Shown: positions 36,791 through 46,278, counted from the first letter of the stretch. The stretch is DNA of 64,000 nt from Candidatus Parcubacteria bacterium (GCA_963718875.1 OY970378.1:132396-196395), one strand, 5' to 3'. A program made the numbers and translations. The notes: a model not told the origin generated them from the sequence alone.

Positions 36791-36928
36791 AATTTAGCCA
36801 AGTAATCTATGGTTAGCCTCTCTTTCGTCGAACTATAGGAGGCACGGCGCTTTTATCGTTCGAGGTAATCCGAGAGACTCACTGAGGCCTTCGACTACGT
36901 TCAGGCAATGAGCCAGAGAATTTGGTTA

Positions 36929-36986
36929 AGAGTTCCTGAAAGGTAGAAGCGTCCCGCAAGGGCGGGACTTTCTCTTCAGGATGACA
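36929..36986 (+). repeat. family-1 REP/RPE-like element with nested hairpin (GTCCCGC-AAG-GGCGGGAC)
   Basis: AGTTCCTGAAAG...TCTTCAGGATGACAA. Confidence 0.55.
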
Positions 36987-37064
36987 ATGAGGGTTTGTTG
37001 TTCAAAGAGGGAGGACGAAGACTAACCGGGCCTTCGACTCTGCTCAGGCAATAAGGGAGAAAGA

Positions 37065-37844
37065 ATGACAGAAGAACAGCTTCAACAACTAGGATTATCA
37101 CCTACACAAGCTAAGGCGTACCTTTTACTAGTGCTGACGGGTAAGCTGACGCCGGCGGATTTGATGGCTAAGACGGGGGATAGCCGAACCAATGCTTACA
37201 TGGTGCTGGACAGATTAGTTGAGCTGGGGCTGGCGATTAAAGATGAGGTGGGCAAAAAGCTGATTTATCGCTCAAACAGCCCCGTTGGACTGGCCAAGAT
37301 TGCGGAGCGTCAAAGGGAGAAGGCCACCCAAACGGAAGGCAAGATTCGCGATGCCATGCCTGAGCTGGTTAAGTTTTACCATTCTCACCGAACTCAACCC
37401 GGAGTGCGGTTTTTACAAGGGAAAGAGGGGCTACAACAGGTTTATAAAGACCATCTTAAGACCGGTGGAGACGAGGTAATTTTTAGAACTAAGGCGGATA
37501 ACGAGTATTATGGTCAAGGGTTACTGACGTACATGGAGGAGCGGGCAGCAAAGGGAATTAAGACCGATATGATTTCACCCTGGCAGAGGGATATGGTTAA
37601 GTATGCTCCGGTGGAAAACGTGCGGTTAAAACGTGATGTGACTTTTGTACCGCCTGAGGCCTACGATGTGCCTGTGGAGATTGCGGTATATGGTACTAGG
37701 GTTGCGATTACCTCCTTTGGTGAGGAGGCGATTGCAACGATTATTGACAGCCCCCAGGTGGCGGATGCGGTAAGACAAGTATTTGCCATGGCTAAGGCAG
37801 GGGCGGATAAGCTTTGGGTTGAGGCCGGCGGCTTGCCCGAGTAA
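37065..37844 (+). CDS. TrmB-family transcriptional regulator
   Basis: N-terminal winged HTH (LGLSPTQAKAYLLLVLTGKLTPADLMAKTGDSRTNAYMVLDRLVELGL) plus C-terminal TrmB-like domain. Paralog at 53755. Confidence 0.7.
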   Translation: MTEEQLQQLGLSPTQAKAYLLLVLTGKLTPADLMAKTGDSRTNAYMVLDRLVELGLAIKDEVGKKLIYRSNSPVGLAKIAERQREKATQTEGKIRDAMPELVKFYHSHRTQPGVRFLQGKEGLQQVYKDHLKTGGDEVIFRTKADNEYYGQGLLTYMEERAAKGIKTDMISPWQRDMVKYAPVENVRLKRDVTFVPPEAYDVPVEIAVYGTRVAITSFGEEAIATIIDSPQVADAVRQVFAMAKAGADKLWVEAGGLPE

Positions 37845-37905
37845 TCCAGAGGTTAAACCTCTGGCAATGGTAATATGTTGAAATACAAACTTAAGGTGGG
37901 TATTT

Positions 37906-38310
37906 ATGAGCGATATGAAAGATAAACCGGACGAGTATTGGCGGGCTAAGTTGACGCCGGAGCAATATCGGGTGATGCGGGAAAAGGGCACGGAGTATCC
38001 GGGGACGGGTAAGTACATTGAGACGGACGACAAAGGGGTTTATAAATGTGCTGCCTGCGGACAGGAGTTATTTTCCAGTGATACTAAATTTGGTGGAAGC
38101 TGGATGAGTGGTTGGCCTAATTTTACAGACCCCGTAAATACTAAAAATGTAATTCTTTCCCCAGATTATTCTTATGGGATGACCCGTACTGCTGTGGCTT
38201 GTTCGAATTGTGGTGGCCATTTGGGTCATGCGTTTGGGTATGATGTGGGTCATTCGGGAAGTCGGTACTGTATTAACTCGTGCTCTTTGGATTTTGAGTC
38301 TAAAAGTTAG
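37906..38310 (+). CDS. msrB: peptide-methionine (R)-S-oxide reductase MsrB
   Basis: CAACGQELF...CSNCGGHLGHAF Zn-binding and catalytic motifs. Confidence 0.85.
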   Translation: MSDMKDKPDEYWRAKLTPEQYRVMREKGTEYPGTGKYIETDDKGVYKCAACGQELFSSDTKFGGSWMSGWPNFTDPVNTKNVILSPDYSYGMTRTAVACSNCGGHLGHAFGYDVGHSGSRYCINSCSLDFESKS

Positions 38311-38312
38311 GC

Positions 38313-38870
38313 ATGAAGACGCTCTGGTTTCGATACGCAGGTATAGCAGCAATAATATTGGAATATCTGGGCGTGGCTTATTTTGTATTAATTAAAAAAC
38401 ACCCGTTGGGCTTGGGCTACACCGTTAGTGACTTTGGCGCGTCGGAGTCGCCATTAATTTTCTCTTTGGTTTTTTCGATTGCGGGGATTTTGTACGGCTG
38501 CTTTAGCGCTTGGTTATATCGACAACTGTCTTTGGGTCGTAACTTCCGTTTAAGCTATGTCTTGGCTGTTATAGCAGTCGTAATGTTGTCTTGGTTGCCG
38601 GATGCGGGAAATCACATAACGCCGCTTTTACATACTTATTTTGCCGTGATAGTGATGATTGCGACACCCCTAATGATTTACTATTACCGGCAAAAAGTTA
38701 AGAATCAGCTGTATCGCAAGGTACTAAATGTAATTATTTGGTGTGAGGTGCTTGTCTTGGCTTTGTTGCCATTGGCTGTTTATTTGGATGTTACATTGTT
38801 GCCAGAAATCATAGCATCAATAGCTTTTCAGGCTTGGGTGATAATGGCGACATTTAGAGCAAAGAATTGA
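38313..38870 (+). CDS. hypothetical polytopic membrane protein
   Basis: 185 aa with about 5 hydrophobic helices. Confidence 0.5.
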   Translation: MKTLWFRYAGIAAIILEYLGVAYFVLIKKHPLGLGYTVSDFGASESPLIFSLVFSIAGILYGCFSAWLYRQLSLGRNFRLSYVLAVIAVVMLSWLPDAGNHITPLLHTYFAVIVMIATPLMIYYYRQKVKNQLYRKVLNVIIWCEVLVLALLPLAVYLDVTLLPEIIASIAFQAWVIMATFRAKN

Positions 38871-38888
38871 TAAATAAATTAAAGTGGG

Positions 38889-38921
38889 TCCCACCCGACC
38901 CCTTGTGTAGGGGTCGGGTGG
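38889..38921. terminator. GC-rich hairpin (CCCACCCGACCCC-TTGTGTA-GGGGTCGGGTGGG), bidirectional terminator candidate
   Basis: 13-bp perfect stem between convergent genes. Confidence 0.5.
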
Positions 38922-38928
38922 GGAACCG

Positions 38929-38985
38929 TCTAGTGGCCGAAGCTGACGTGGCCGATGTGCCCGTCGAAACGGCAGTTGAAGTTCA
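38929..38985 (-). CDS. tiny ORF (18 aa, MNFNCRFDGHIGHVSFGH) with strong RBS, candidate
   Basis: AGGAGGTGTCAC-ATG. Bracketed by a long upstream hairpin (39007-39070) and the downstream terminator hairpin. Confidence 0.3.
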
Positions 38986-39061
38986 TGTGACACCTCCTTT
39001 TCTTTGCTAGACGGCGGGGTTCTTGCCAACAACTCTGAAGTTGTAAGCAAGAGGGCGCCGT

Positions 39062-40174
39062 CTAGGTTGGACAATAGGTTTTGATGATTTGAACGTACAT
39101 CTCGGTGAGGGCTTGCAGGGAATCAGTATCCACCCACTCATTGGGAGCATGAGCGTTGCCGCCCAAAGGGCCCAGGTAGGCAACGGGAATTTTCCAAGCT
39201 GCTTGAAGTAGTTGGCCATCGCCATAACCCTTGGATGATGCGTCGAGGTAGTTGTTTCCGACTATGCTCTCCAATCGTTTGAGTTTGGTTGGGTTAGTGT
39301 ACAAGGCTCCGAAATCATGCTTGATGGTGGTCTGTGTGACCGTGAGTCCGGCTGACAGTGCTAGCTGGTTGAATTTAGAAACTACATCCTGGGCGCGCAG
39401 CTCTGGCTTGGTAGGGCGAATGTCAAGGACGGCTTCGGCGTAATCGGGGATATTGTTACCGTCTTTTCCTAGGATTGTTCTCCCGCTTTTTTCTCCTTGA
39501 TAGAGGCCACCTTGAAAGTAAGCGACATTGAGCGATGGAGCGCCAAGAGTTGGGCGGCGGAAGGTACTAAGCCAGGCCTTGAGCTTACTAAGGACATCTT
39601 GTAAGCCGGCAATAGCGTTTATGCCTGAGTTAGGATTGGCTGCGTGTCCGCTGATTCCACGAACGGCTACGCTAAGTTCAATTAGTCCGCGGTGCTCGTT
39701 CCATATTTGCAAATCTGTGGGTTCTGCAATCAGGGCAAGTTGGGGCTTGAGCTGGTTCTTGACCTCTAAAAACTTTTTCATGCCGGCAAAATCGTATTCT
39801 TCATCGCAGTAGAACAGCAGAGAGAGACTGGTAGCGGACTCAATCTGGCTGAGGGAGGAGAGGATTGCTGCGATACCGCCTTTCATGTCGTAAGCACCGA
39901 GGCCGTAGAGCTTTTTACCTTCTAAGAAAGGCTCAAGTGGGTCACGATTTGATCCTTCCTTAGGTACAACCGTATCCATGTGGCCGGCTAGCAATAGTTG
40001 GGGTTTGCCGGGCGTGGTTGCCACCACGTTGAATCGGCCGGGGGCTACCCGCTGCTTGGTGACTTTGAGCCAGCTGAACTGTTGCAAGTAATTGTAGATG
40101 TATTGGCCGACCTCACTTTCCCGCTTGTAGCTGGACAGACGGATGAGGTCGCGGGTAATTGCTAGGGGGTCCAT
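39062..40174 (-). CDS. M20-family metallopeptidase (ArgE/DapE/ACY1-like)
   Basis: LLAGHMDTVVP and YGLGAYDMKGGIAA motifs. Confidence 0.8.
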   Translation of the reverse strand: MDPLAITRDLIRLSSYKRESEVGQYIYNYLQQFSWLKVTKQRVAPGRFNVVATTPGKPQLLLAGHMDTVVPKEGSNRDPLEPFLEGKKLYGLGAYDMKGGIAAILSSLSQIESATSLSLLFYCDEEYDFAGMKKFLEVKNQLKPQLALIAEPTDLQIWNEHRGLIELSVAVRGISGHAANPNSGINAIAGLQDVLSKLKAWLSTFRRPTLGAPSLNVAYFQGGLYQGEKSGRTILGKDGNNIPDYAEAVLDIRPTKPELRAQDVVSKFNQLALSAGLTVTQTTIKHDFGALYTNPTKLKRLESIVGNNYLDASSKGYGDGQLLQAAWKIPVAYLGPLGGNAHAPNEWVDTDSLQALTEMYVQIIKTYCPT

Positions 40175-40243
40175 AAATTATTCCTTATTACTAAAAACCT
40201 CCTCTTTGCGAGGAGGGTTAAAGCTTCGATTATGTATCGAAAG

Positions 40244-40576
40244 TTATTCTCTCATCGCAAAACCGGGCTTCCAGTGATGATGAAGCCCCAGGACATGGCG
40301 GTAGCCCTGGCCGTTTTCTAAAAAGCTAGCTACGCGAGTAACGGTCGTAGTACTGGCGCCGACTTTGTCGGTAATGCTGCGGTAGGGGGAACCATTAGCT
40401 AGCTCACGCGCAACATCTAGTCGTTCGCTCATGGCTTGAAGCTCGGAAAGGGTGGCGATGTCACGTAAAAAGTTTTGAACTTGGGATTCGGTTGTGCAGT
40501 CCAAAAACGCTCTACATAAACGCTTAAAAGCCGGGTCTTTGCTCCAAGTGGTTTCATTTAATCGACGTTTACTCAT
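40244..40576 (-). CDS. YerC/YecD (TrpR-like) family DNA-binding protein
   Basis: Internal Met start. Helical TrpR-like fold signature (LCRAFLDCTTESQVQNFLRDI...GASTTTVTRV). Confidence 0.55.
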   Translation of the reverse strand: MSKRRLNETTWSKDPAFKRLCRAFLDCTTESQVQNFLRDIATLSELQAMSERLDVARELANGSPYRSITDKVGASTTTVTRVASFLENGQGYRHVLGLHHHWKPGFAMRE

Positions 40577-40705
40577 GGAAGTGAGCTTAGCACAGATGTT
40601 TGTATGTGTCAACGTTTTAATACGATGATACAGATTAATCAGGATTGTAGGTTTAAGTGAAGGGCACCCTTGCGGGTGCCCTGGTGATCGTCTCGTTTTA
40701 CCTCC

Positions 40706-41386
40706 TTACCCCTCTTGCAGACCGCGAATTTCTTGTTCCAAAACAAGCTGATCATCTACTTGTCTTAAAAGCGTATCGACGCAGACTCCTATTCCAGCAA
40801 TTACGTCAAAGTAATTGCGAATACTGTCGCGCACCTCGATTTCACAGATTCCGTGAGTGCCAACCCTGACAATTACTTGAGGGTACTGATCTGGGCTTGT
40901 AATAGTGGCGAAGCGGTATTCAACCCATTCTGGCTCCGGTGGGACCCAATAATTCTGACTACCCTGGTAATACACCGGGACGACGGAGTTTGCTCTAATA
41001 ACTGTTAGTCCTCTAGAGCTGAACCACTCTGCCAGAAAAATCTTCTTTTCTCTTCGAGTTAGCCTAGGAGGCTGAGAGTTAACTGTAATTTGGATTGAGT
41101 TACCGATGGCTCTTACTCTTGCCTCGTACGTCTTTGGGTTGGCCCATTCAACGACCCGAGTACGACGCACGGCTGCCATAGATCTAGGAAGAAGATTCGC
41201 CAAGTCGTCTATAAGCTGCAAAGGAGAGCGAACGTACTCGATGCCGATGGGACTAGGCTCATTCCAAGGAGGTCGCTTGCCTGCGCGATATGCCTCAGCA
41301 GCAACCAGCTTTTCTAAGGGGAAAATTCCATCTGGGATGTAGGGCGAAGTCACTTTTCGTACAGCAAGTCGATTGTCCTTAAACAC
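40706..41386 (-). CDS. hypothetical protein
   Basis: 226-aa ORF, backbone composition. Confidence 0.5.
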   Translation of the reverse strand: MFKDNRLAVRKVTSPYIPDGIFPLEKLVAAEAYRAGKRPPWNEPSPIGIEYVRSPLQLIDDLANLLPRSMAAVRRTRVVEWANPKTYEARVRAIGNSIQITVNSQPPRLTRREKKIFLAEWFSSRGLTVIRANSVVPVYYQGSQNYWVPPEPEWVEYRFATITSPDQYPQVIVRVGTHGICEIEVRDSIRNYFDVIAGIGVCVDTLLRQVDDQLVLEQEIRGLQEG

Positions 41387-41587
41387 GGGCTCACATCTCC
41401 TTCGTGCGGGTGATCACGAACAAGACCCTATCATAGGATTTTTTTTATTGTCAAACTTGAGAGCAAATTGAGTCTTATCCCTGATCCCTATGCTCATTTT
41501 TGAGACTTTTTGATCGGTTGGGAAGAGGAAGCTCTTCGAAGTTTTTATGCTGAGTTAGCTGACCCGAACGGTAGCTCGTTTAAATTG

Positions 41588-41929
41588 TTAATACCAGGCA
41601 AAAGCCAACATGTAGGCTACAAAAACCAAGACGAGACTTGAGCATATGGATAGTAAGGTTACAATCAACCGGTTTCTGATTAGCTGATAAATTAGGAGCC
41701 AAAGTAAGGCAAATGTTATGCCTGATGCCGCAAACTTTAAGACAGTCGCAAATGCACCTGATGTCAGCGAGTATGAAGGGATGATTTGATGCCAAATAGA
41801 TAAGTTTGAATAATGGTTATCTATTAAAGGGATTAAAGATAAATAACAAACTATAAAAACGGCTAAAAGCAACAAAAAAGGGATTATTTTTGGTTTCTTA
41901 AACATGAGCGTATTGTAGTGGATCAGCAA
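41588..41929 (-). CDS. hypothetical membrane protein
   Basis: 113 aa, 3 predicted TM helices. Confidence 0.45.
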   Translation of the reverse strand: MLIHYNTLMFKKPKIIPFLLLLAVFIVCYLSLIPLIDNHYSNLSIWHQIIPSYSLTSGAFATVLKFAASGITFALLWLLIYQLIRNRLIVTLLSICSSLVLVFVAYMLAFAWY

Positions 41930-41983
41930 GTTTTGGGCTAGAGGAGACCTAGCGTTTTTATTTGATTAGCGAAACGTTACAAT

Positions 41984-42823
41984 ATGGGCATGACAGCGGA
42001 TGACGTAAAGGCTGTATTGCGACAACTGGGGAGTGCTGAAAAAGCCAAGAGTTCCGCTTGGTTTTTTAAGACTGGAGTTGGTCAATACGGTGAAGGAGAT
42101 GTGTTTATTGGCGTAACGGTGCCGGAGCAGCGGGCGGTGGCAAAACGATTTTTGGGTTTATCAATCCATGAGGTTGAAAATTTGTTGCATTCGCCAGAGC
42201 ATGAGTTTCGGCTGACGGCTTTAGTTATTTGGGTGAATCAATACCGGAAAGGCTCGGAGGAGGTTCAGGCTGAGATTTTTAAACGCTATTTGGCTAACAC
42301 CAAGTGGATTAATAATTGGGACTTAGTGGATGCTTCGGCAGATCAGATTGTAGGGGCTTACTTGCAGGGCGAAGATAAAGCTTTGCTTGCTAGGATGGCG
42401 CGATCTAGCGACTTGTGGGAAAGACGGATTGCCATGCTTGCGACCTTTTACTATATAAAAAAGGGTGACGCCGTTGATGCGCTAAAAGTGGCTGCGATTT
42501 TGGTTCATGACCATCACGATTTGATTCAAAAAGCCGTAGGATGGATGTTGCGCGAAGTCGGTAAGAGATGCGGTCAGCTGTCGTCGCAAATTGCTTTGTC
42601 GACAACTCCAGTCCGCATTCGTCGTAGGTCTACTACGGCTCACTTGCGGGCTTCATCGTCTCCTCGCACTTTATCAACGACCGCTGGCCTTGAATCCGGC
42701 GTAGAGATTTTGGAAGGGTTTTTGAAACAGCATTACAAGACTATGCCAAGGACGATGCTACGCTACGCGATTGAGCATTTTGAGCCAGAGCTGCGAACTG
42801 CTTACCTGAAAGGGCAGATATGA
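41984..42823 (+). CDS. DNA alkylation repair enzyme (AlkC/AlkD-like HEAT-repeat glycosylase)
   Basis: WFFKTG...GWMLREVGKR...MPRTMLRYAIEHF motifs. Contains an atypical ~40-aa Ser/Thr/Arg-rich insert (about 42590-42710). Confidence 0.65.
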   Translation: MGMTADDVKAVLRQLGSAEKAKSSAWFFKTGVGQYGEGDVFIGVTVPEQRAVAKRFLGLSIHEVENLLHSPEHEFRLTALVIWVNQYRKGSEEVQAEIFKRYLANTKWINNWDLVDASADQIVGAYLQGEDKALLARMARSSDLWERRIAMLATFYYIKKGDAVDALKVAAILVHDHHDLIQKAVGWMLREVGKRCGQLSSQIALSTTPVRIRRRSTTAHLRASSSPRTLSTTAGLESGVEILEGFLKQHYKTMPRTMLRYAIEHFEPELRTAYLKGQI

Positions 42824-43140
42824 ACGTTGAAGAATATTGTTTGAGTTTGCCGGGAGTGGTCGAAGATTACCCATTTGGCGACGGGGTGGCAGTATTCAAA
42901 GTGGGAGGCAAGATGTTTGCGCTGACAAGTCCGGCCGGAAAACCGACAAGTGTTAACTTGAAATGTGATCCGGCTCTGGCTGTAAGTTTGCGCCAAACTT
43001 ATCCTGCCGTGACTCCTGGCTATCACATGAACAAAACGCATTGGAACACGGTGGAGCTGGATGGGGGTGTGCCGGATGAGGAGCTAGCGCGGTGGATCGA
43101 ACATTCCTATGAGTTGGTGGCACCAGAGCTGAGAAGTTAA
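42820..43140 (+). CDS. MmcQ/YjbR family DNA-binding protein
   Basis: 106 aa. Matches the MmcQ/YjbR pattern (MNVEEYCLSLPGVVEDYPFGDG...FKVGGKMFAL). Confidence 0.7.
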   Translation: MNVEEYCLSLPGVVEDYPFGDGVAVFKVGGKMFALTSPAGKPTSVNLKCDPALAVSLRQTYPAVTPGYHMNKTHWNTVELDGGVPDEELARWIEHSYELVAPELRS

Positions 43141-43217
43141 AGAGCTAATCCGGGCGGAGTCTTTTAATCATCCAGAGGTTAAACCTCTGGATGAAACCTC
43201 TGGATGATCGACGTAGA

Positions 43218-43919
43218 TTAGTGGTCAACTTTTTGTTGTTCGACAACCGTTCTTAAAAGCGGGTGGAGAATAAGATTGCCAGTTTTATGAAGCCATAAGT
43301 CGAGATATTCGTTTTGGAGTCTCCCTTCGTTCGACATTCTTCGAAACTCAAAAACGCCTTCTGGCGTAAAACTAGAAACCTTGGTTGGCGGGTGACCTAA
43401 ATCTGGCAAAACGCCAACAATACCGTCCCAAGCACGGGACATGCTATCCAAATCTGGCTCTAGGGGTCTAAAGGAAATGGAGGTTGTGCCTTGGTCACCG
43501 TCCTCAACTGTTACTTCCAGCGCACGAAGCTTTTCTTTCGTCGCTTGATCCAAAACAAATTCTCCGTCTATACTTTGGATGTCGTGGTTAATACCAGCAA
43601 ACCCCGAAGAAGTTGTAAGATAGCCTTTTCTCCACATTGATAAAACCGCTTGCCTTACTTGCGGTTCAAGACTCTCGATTAACATCCCCATTCCTAGCTC
43701 TTCTTCAGTCGCAGTAGGATTAGTCAAAAGTCTCTCCCGGGTATCATTAAAAGACTGTACATAGGCTTGCTCGCGCAAATCATAAAAACCGGCTAACCTG
43801 TCGGTCATTTCATTAATTTCGTATTGGGTTACTTTTGGCTTAGCAGCCTCCGCTGTATTCCAATTGCTCAAATTAGAATTGATTTGGTCTATGTTGTCCT
43901 GTGAGTTCGATTCGCCCAT
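43218..43919 (-). CDS. hypothetical protein
   Basis: 233-aa ORF, backbone composition. Confidence 0.5.
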   Translation of the reverse strand: MGESNSQDNIDQINSNLSNWNTAEAAKPKVTQYEINEMTDRLAGFYDLREQAYVQSFNDTRERLLTNPTATEEELGMGMLIESLEPQVRQAVLSMWRKGYLTTSSGFAGINHDIQSIDGEFVLDQATKEKLRALEVTVEDGDQGTTSISFRPLEPDLDSMSRAWDGIVGVLPDLGHPPTKVSSFTPEGVFEFRRMSNEGRLQNEYLDLWLHKTGNLILHPLLRTVVEQQKVDH

Positions 43920-44035
43920 ATGCTTAAACTTAGATTAATTTGCTGGTCTGGTTGTAATATAAGGTATTGTTCAGACAAACTCAATTTATAAGATCAAAAA
44001 GCAATGTCCCGCACCGTTGGGCGGTGCGGGACTGG

Positions 44036-44377
44036 TTATGGAGCTAAAGTTCGCTCCTGTGTCGGTTGGCCAGTTTGGCGGGTCGTTAGCGCATCGATGG
44101 CGAAGCTGATGAACGGCTTGGCCGCCGCATAGCCTTCGACATGGGCATCGATCACTTCCATTAGGTCTTGGAAGGTTGGAGCGGTCAATCTTCTGAGTAG
44201 GTTGAAAATGGCATTGATCGGATACAGAACGCTTTCCCCCGTACTGCTCATGTTCGAGATTGTTGCCCACAGTTTGCCGGCTTCTTGGGTTACCGTAGTG
44301 TCACTGGACGTGTCGGGATCCAAGTTGAGCCGTCCCAGGATGGCATGGACAACCGCAGTAGTGTCGGATGTGCTCAC
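44036..44377 (-). CDS. hypothetical protein (GC-rich, IS-adjacent)
   Basis: GTG start with AAGAGG RBS. 113 aa. Confidence 0.45.
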   Translation of the reverse strand: MSTSDTTAVVHAILGRLNLDPDTSSDTTVTQEAGKLWATISNMSSTGESVLYPINAIFNLLRRLTAPTFQDLMEVIDAHVEGYAAAKPFISFAIDALTTRQTGQPTQERTLAP

Positions 44378-44578
44378 CGTTACCTCTTTTCAGTCGAATG
44401 GGTTTTGCTATTATGCCTGAACTGGAGGTGGTTGGCAAACTCTCGGTTCGTCGAGGCTGCCTAACTGAGAGTTGGCGCAAAAAAAGATGTGCGTTTTAAT
44501 CGGAGGGCGTAAAGAAGAAAGCACCCCGGGCCGCTCTGGTGGGAGCGACGCCGGGGTGCGAGACGGGGAGGATGAGGG

Positions 44579-45121
44579 CTAGTCCCTCGGGTTGATGGTG
44601 AGGGTGCCGGTGAATGTCTGGGTGTTGTAGAGGACCCGGACGGGGCTTCCGTCCATGACGAGGTTGCCGGTCAAGATCCAGCTGTTGTTGATTCCCGACT
44701 CCCGATCAACGTGGTTAACGAGCACGGTGACGGTGCGGGACTGCTTCGTGGTGAAGACGATGTTTTGTCCACCGAAGAAGCGGTTCCCGAGATCGTCACG
44801 GATGGGGCTGCGTCCCGGGATGATGTCGAGCTGGCGGGTGGCAGCAGCATTGATGGTGAGCCTTCCATCCCTAGTGTGGGTGTGGTAGTAGCCCGAGAAC
44901 GGAACTTGGGCTCTGGCGGTCACCCCTGCGATGTTCCAGCAGAAGGGGTTTTTGGTGTGCGTGAGGGAGTTCACATACACATTGACTTTACGCCCGGATT
45001 CAGTGATGAAGGTGACCATCTTCCGTGCGTAGGTGCGCTGGAATAGCTCAAGGCCGTCGGGGTTGTCGGAGCCGTCTATCTTGATTTCGTGGCGGGTTGT
45101 TGTAGGTGCGGCAGCGGACAT
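44579..45121 (-). CDS. hypothetical beta-rich protein (GC-rich, IS-adjacent)
   Basis: AGGAGC RBS. 180 aa. Confidence 0.5.
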   Translation of the reverse strand: MSAAAPTTTRHEIKIDGSDNPDGLELFQRTYARKMVTFITESGRKVNVYVNSLTHTKNPFCWNIAGVTARAQVPFSGYYHTHTRDGRLTINAAATRQLDIIPGRSPIRDDLGNRFFGGQNIVFTTKQSRTVTVLVNHVDRESGINNSWILTGNLVMDGSPVRVLYNTQTFTGTLTINPRD

Positions 45122-45149
45122 GAGTGCCTCACGTTCAGCTCCTGAGATA

Positions 45150-46230
45150 GTGCAGGGCCTCCTCCATTCCGTTTTGAATCAGGACAGTCAACCCGTAGAG
45201 TGTCATCATGGTAAAAGCTACTAAACTAACATCGGCAGAGCGTTCGGAAATAGAAATTCTTTTAAATAAAGGTCACACTCTTAGGGCCATTGGTCGGGCT
45301 TTGGGCCGGAGCCTCAATACCATCAGTGATGAGGTGAAGCGTAATAAGACCCCGGAAGGCTACAATGCCCGCATCGCCAAACAAAAAGCCTACGTCAAAC
45401 GCAAGTATGCCAAGTACCAGGGCAAGAAGATCCAGGAGAATGATGATTTGCGCTGGTACATCATTGTGCGCCTCATGGATGGCTGGAATCCCGATGAGAT
45501 AGCGGGACGACTAAAAAAAGATCAGCACGGTTACTATGCCTCTAAGACAGCCATCTACGAATGGCTCGACAGCGCCAGAGGGCAGAAGTACTGTGACTAC
45601 CTGCCCTCCCGTAGGTACAGACCAAAGAAGCGCAAACCAAAGACCGATCGGGTGATGATTCCAGATCGGGTGAGTATTACAGAGCGCCCCCATGAAGCTA
45701 CCGTCCGGAGCGAAGTGGGCCACTATGAGGGGGATACCATCGTTAGCGGCAAGCGGACTGGATCAAAAGCAGCAATCGTAGTGATTCAGGAACGAGTCAC
45801 CAGACTGATTGCTGCTAGACCCATCCCAGACTTGTGTCCGGTGAGCTTTAATGGAGCCATCAGCTCTTCCAAACTGGTCTTGCTCTCATCAGCAGTCTGA
45901 CTCTCGACAACGGTATCGAGAACCGTTGGCACAGATTGCTCGATATGCTCGTTTTTTTCTGTGACCCCTATTCTAGCTGGCAAAAAGGAGGGGTGGAAAA
46001 CGCCAACCGAATGATTCGGCACTACTTGCCCAAAGGCATGGATCTAGCCACCGTGACGAACAAAGAATTGCAGCGTATCATTACGATCATAAACAACAAA
46101 CCCAGGAAGATCCTGGGATATATGTCCGCTATTGAAATGGCTAAAGAGAAAGGAGTTTTACGAGAGACTGTCCTGATTGAGGGGTGAATTCAGGGCAAAC
46201 ACTGTTAATTGATTATAGCACCAATGCTTA
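45150..46230 (+). mobile_element. IS30-family insertion sequence (boundaries approximate)
   Basis: Contains a transposase with N-terminal HTH and C-terminal DDE region (SLTLDNGIENRWH, LVFFCDPYSSWQKGGVENAN). Terminal repeats are only weakly recognisable. Confidence 0.6.
45208..46187 (+). pseudogene. IS30-family transposase interrupted by a frameshift near 45840-45855
   Basis: ORF 45208-45900 (N-terminal two-thirds) and ORF 45936-46187 (C-terminus). The frame-0 continuation upstream of 45936 reads ...SLTLDNGIENRWHRLLDMLVFFCDP, matching the IS30 consensus. Confidence 0.75.
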
Positions 46231-46278
46231 AATAAGTCAAATTTGCGTAATCGTGAATCTAGTCTATTTTCTTTTCTG

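Noticed and set aside
32766-36800. Integron (attC cassette array) interpretation of the tandem cassette locus
   Set aside because: No intI-like integrase adjacent (the neighbouring gene is TrmB-like). The boundary repeats do not fit the RYYYAAC / GTTRRRY core sites. Each cassette has its own RBS-bearing leader.
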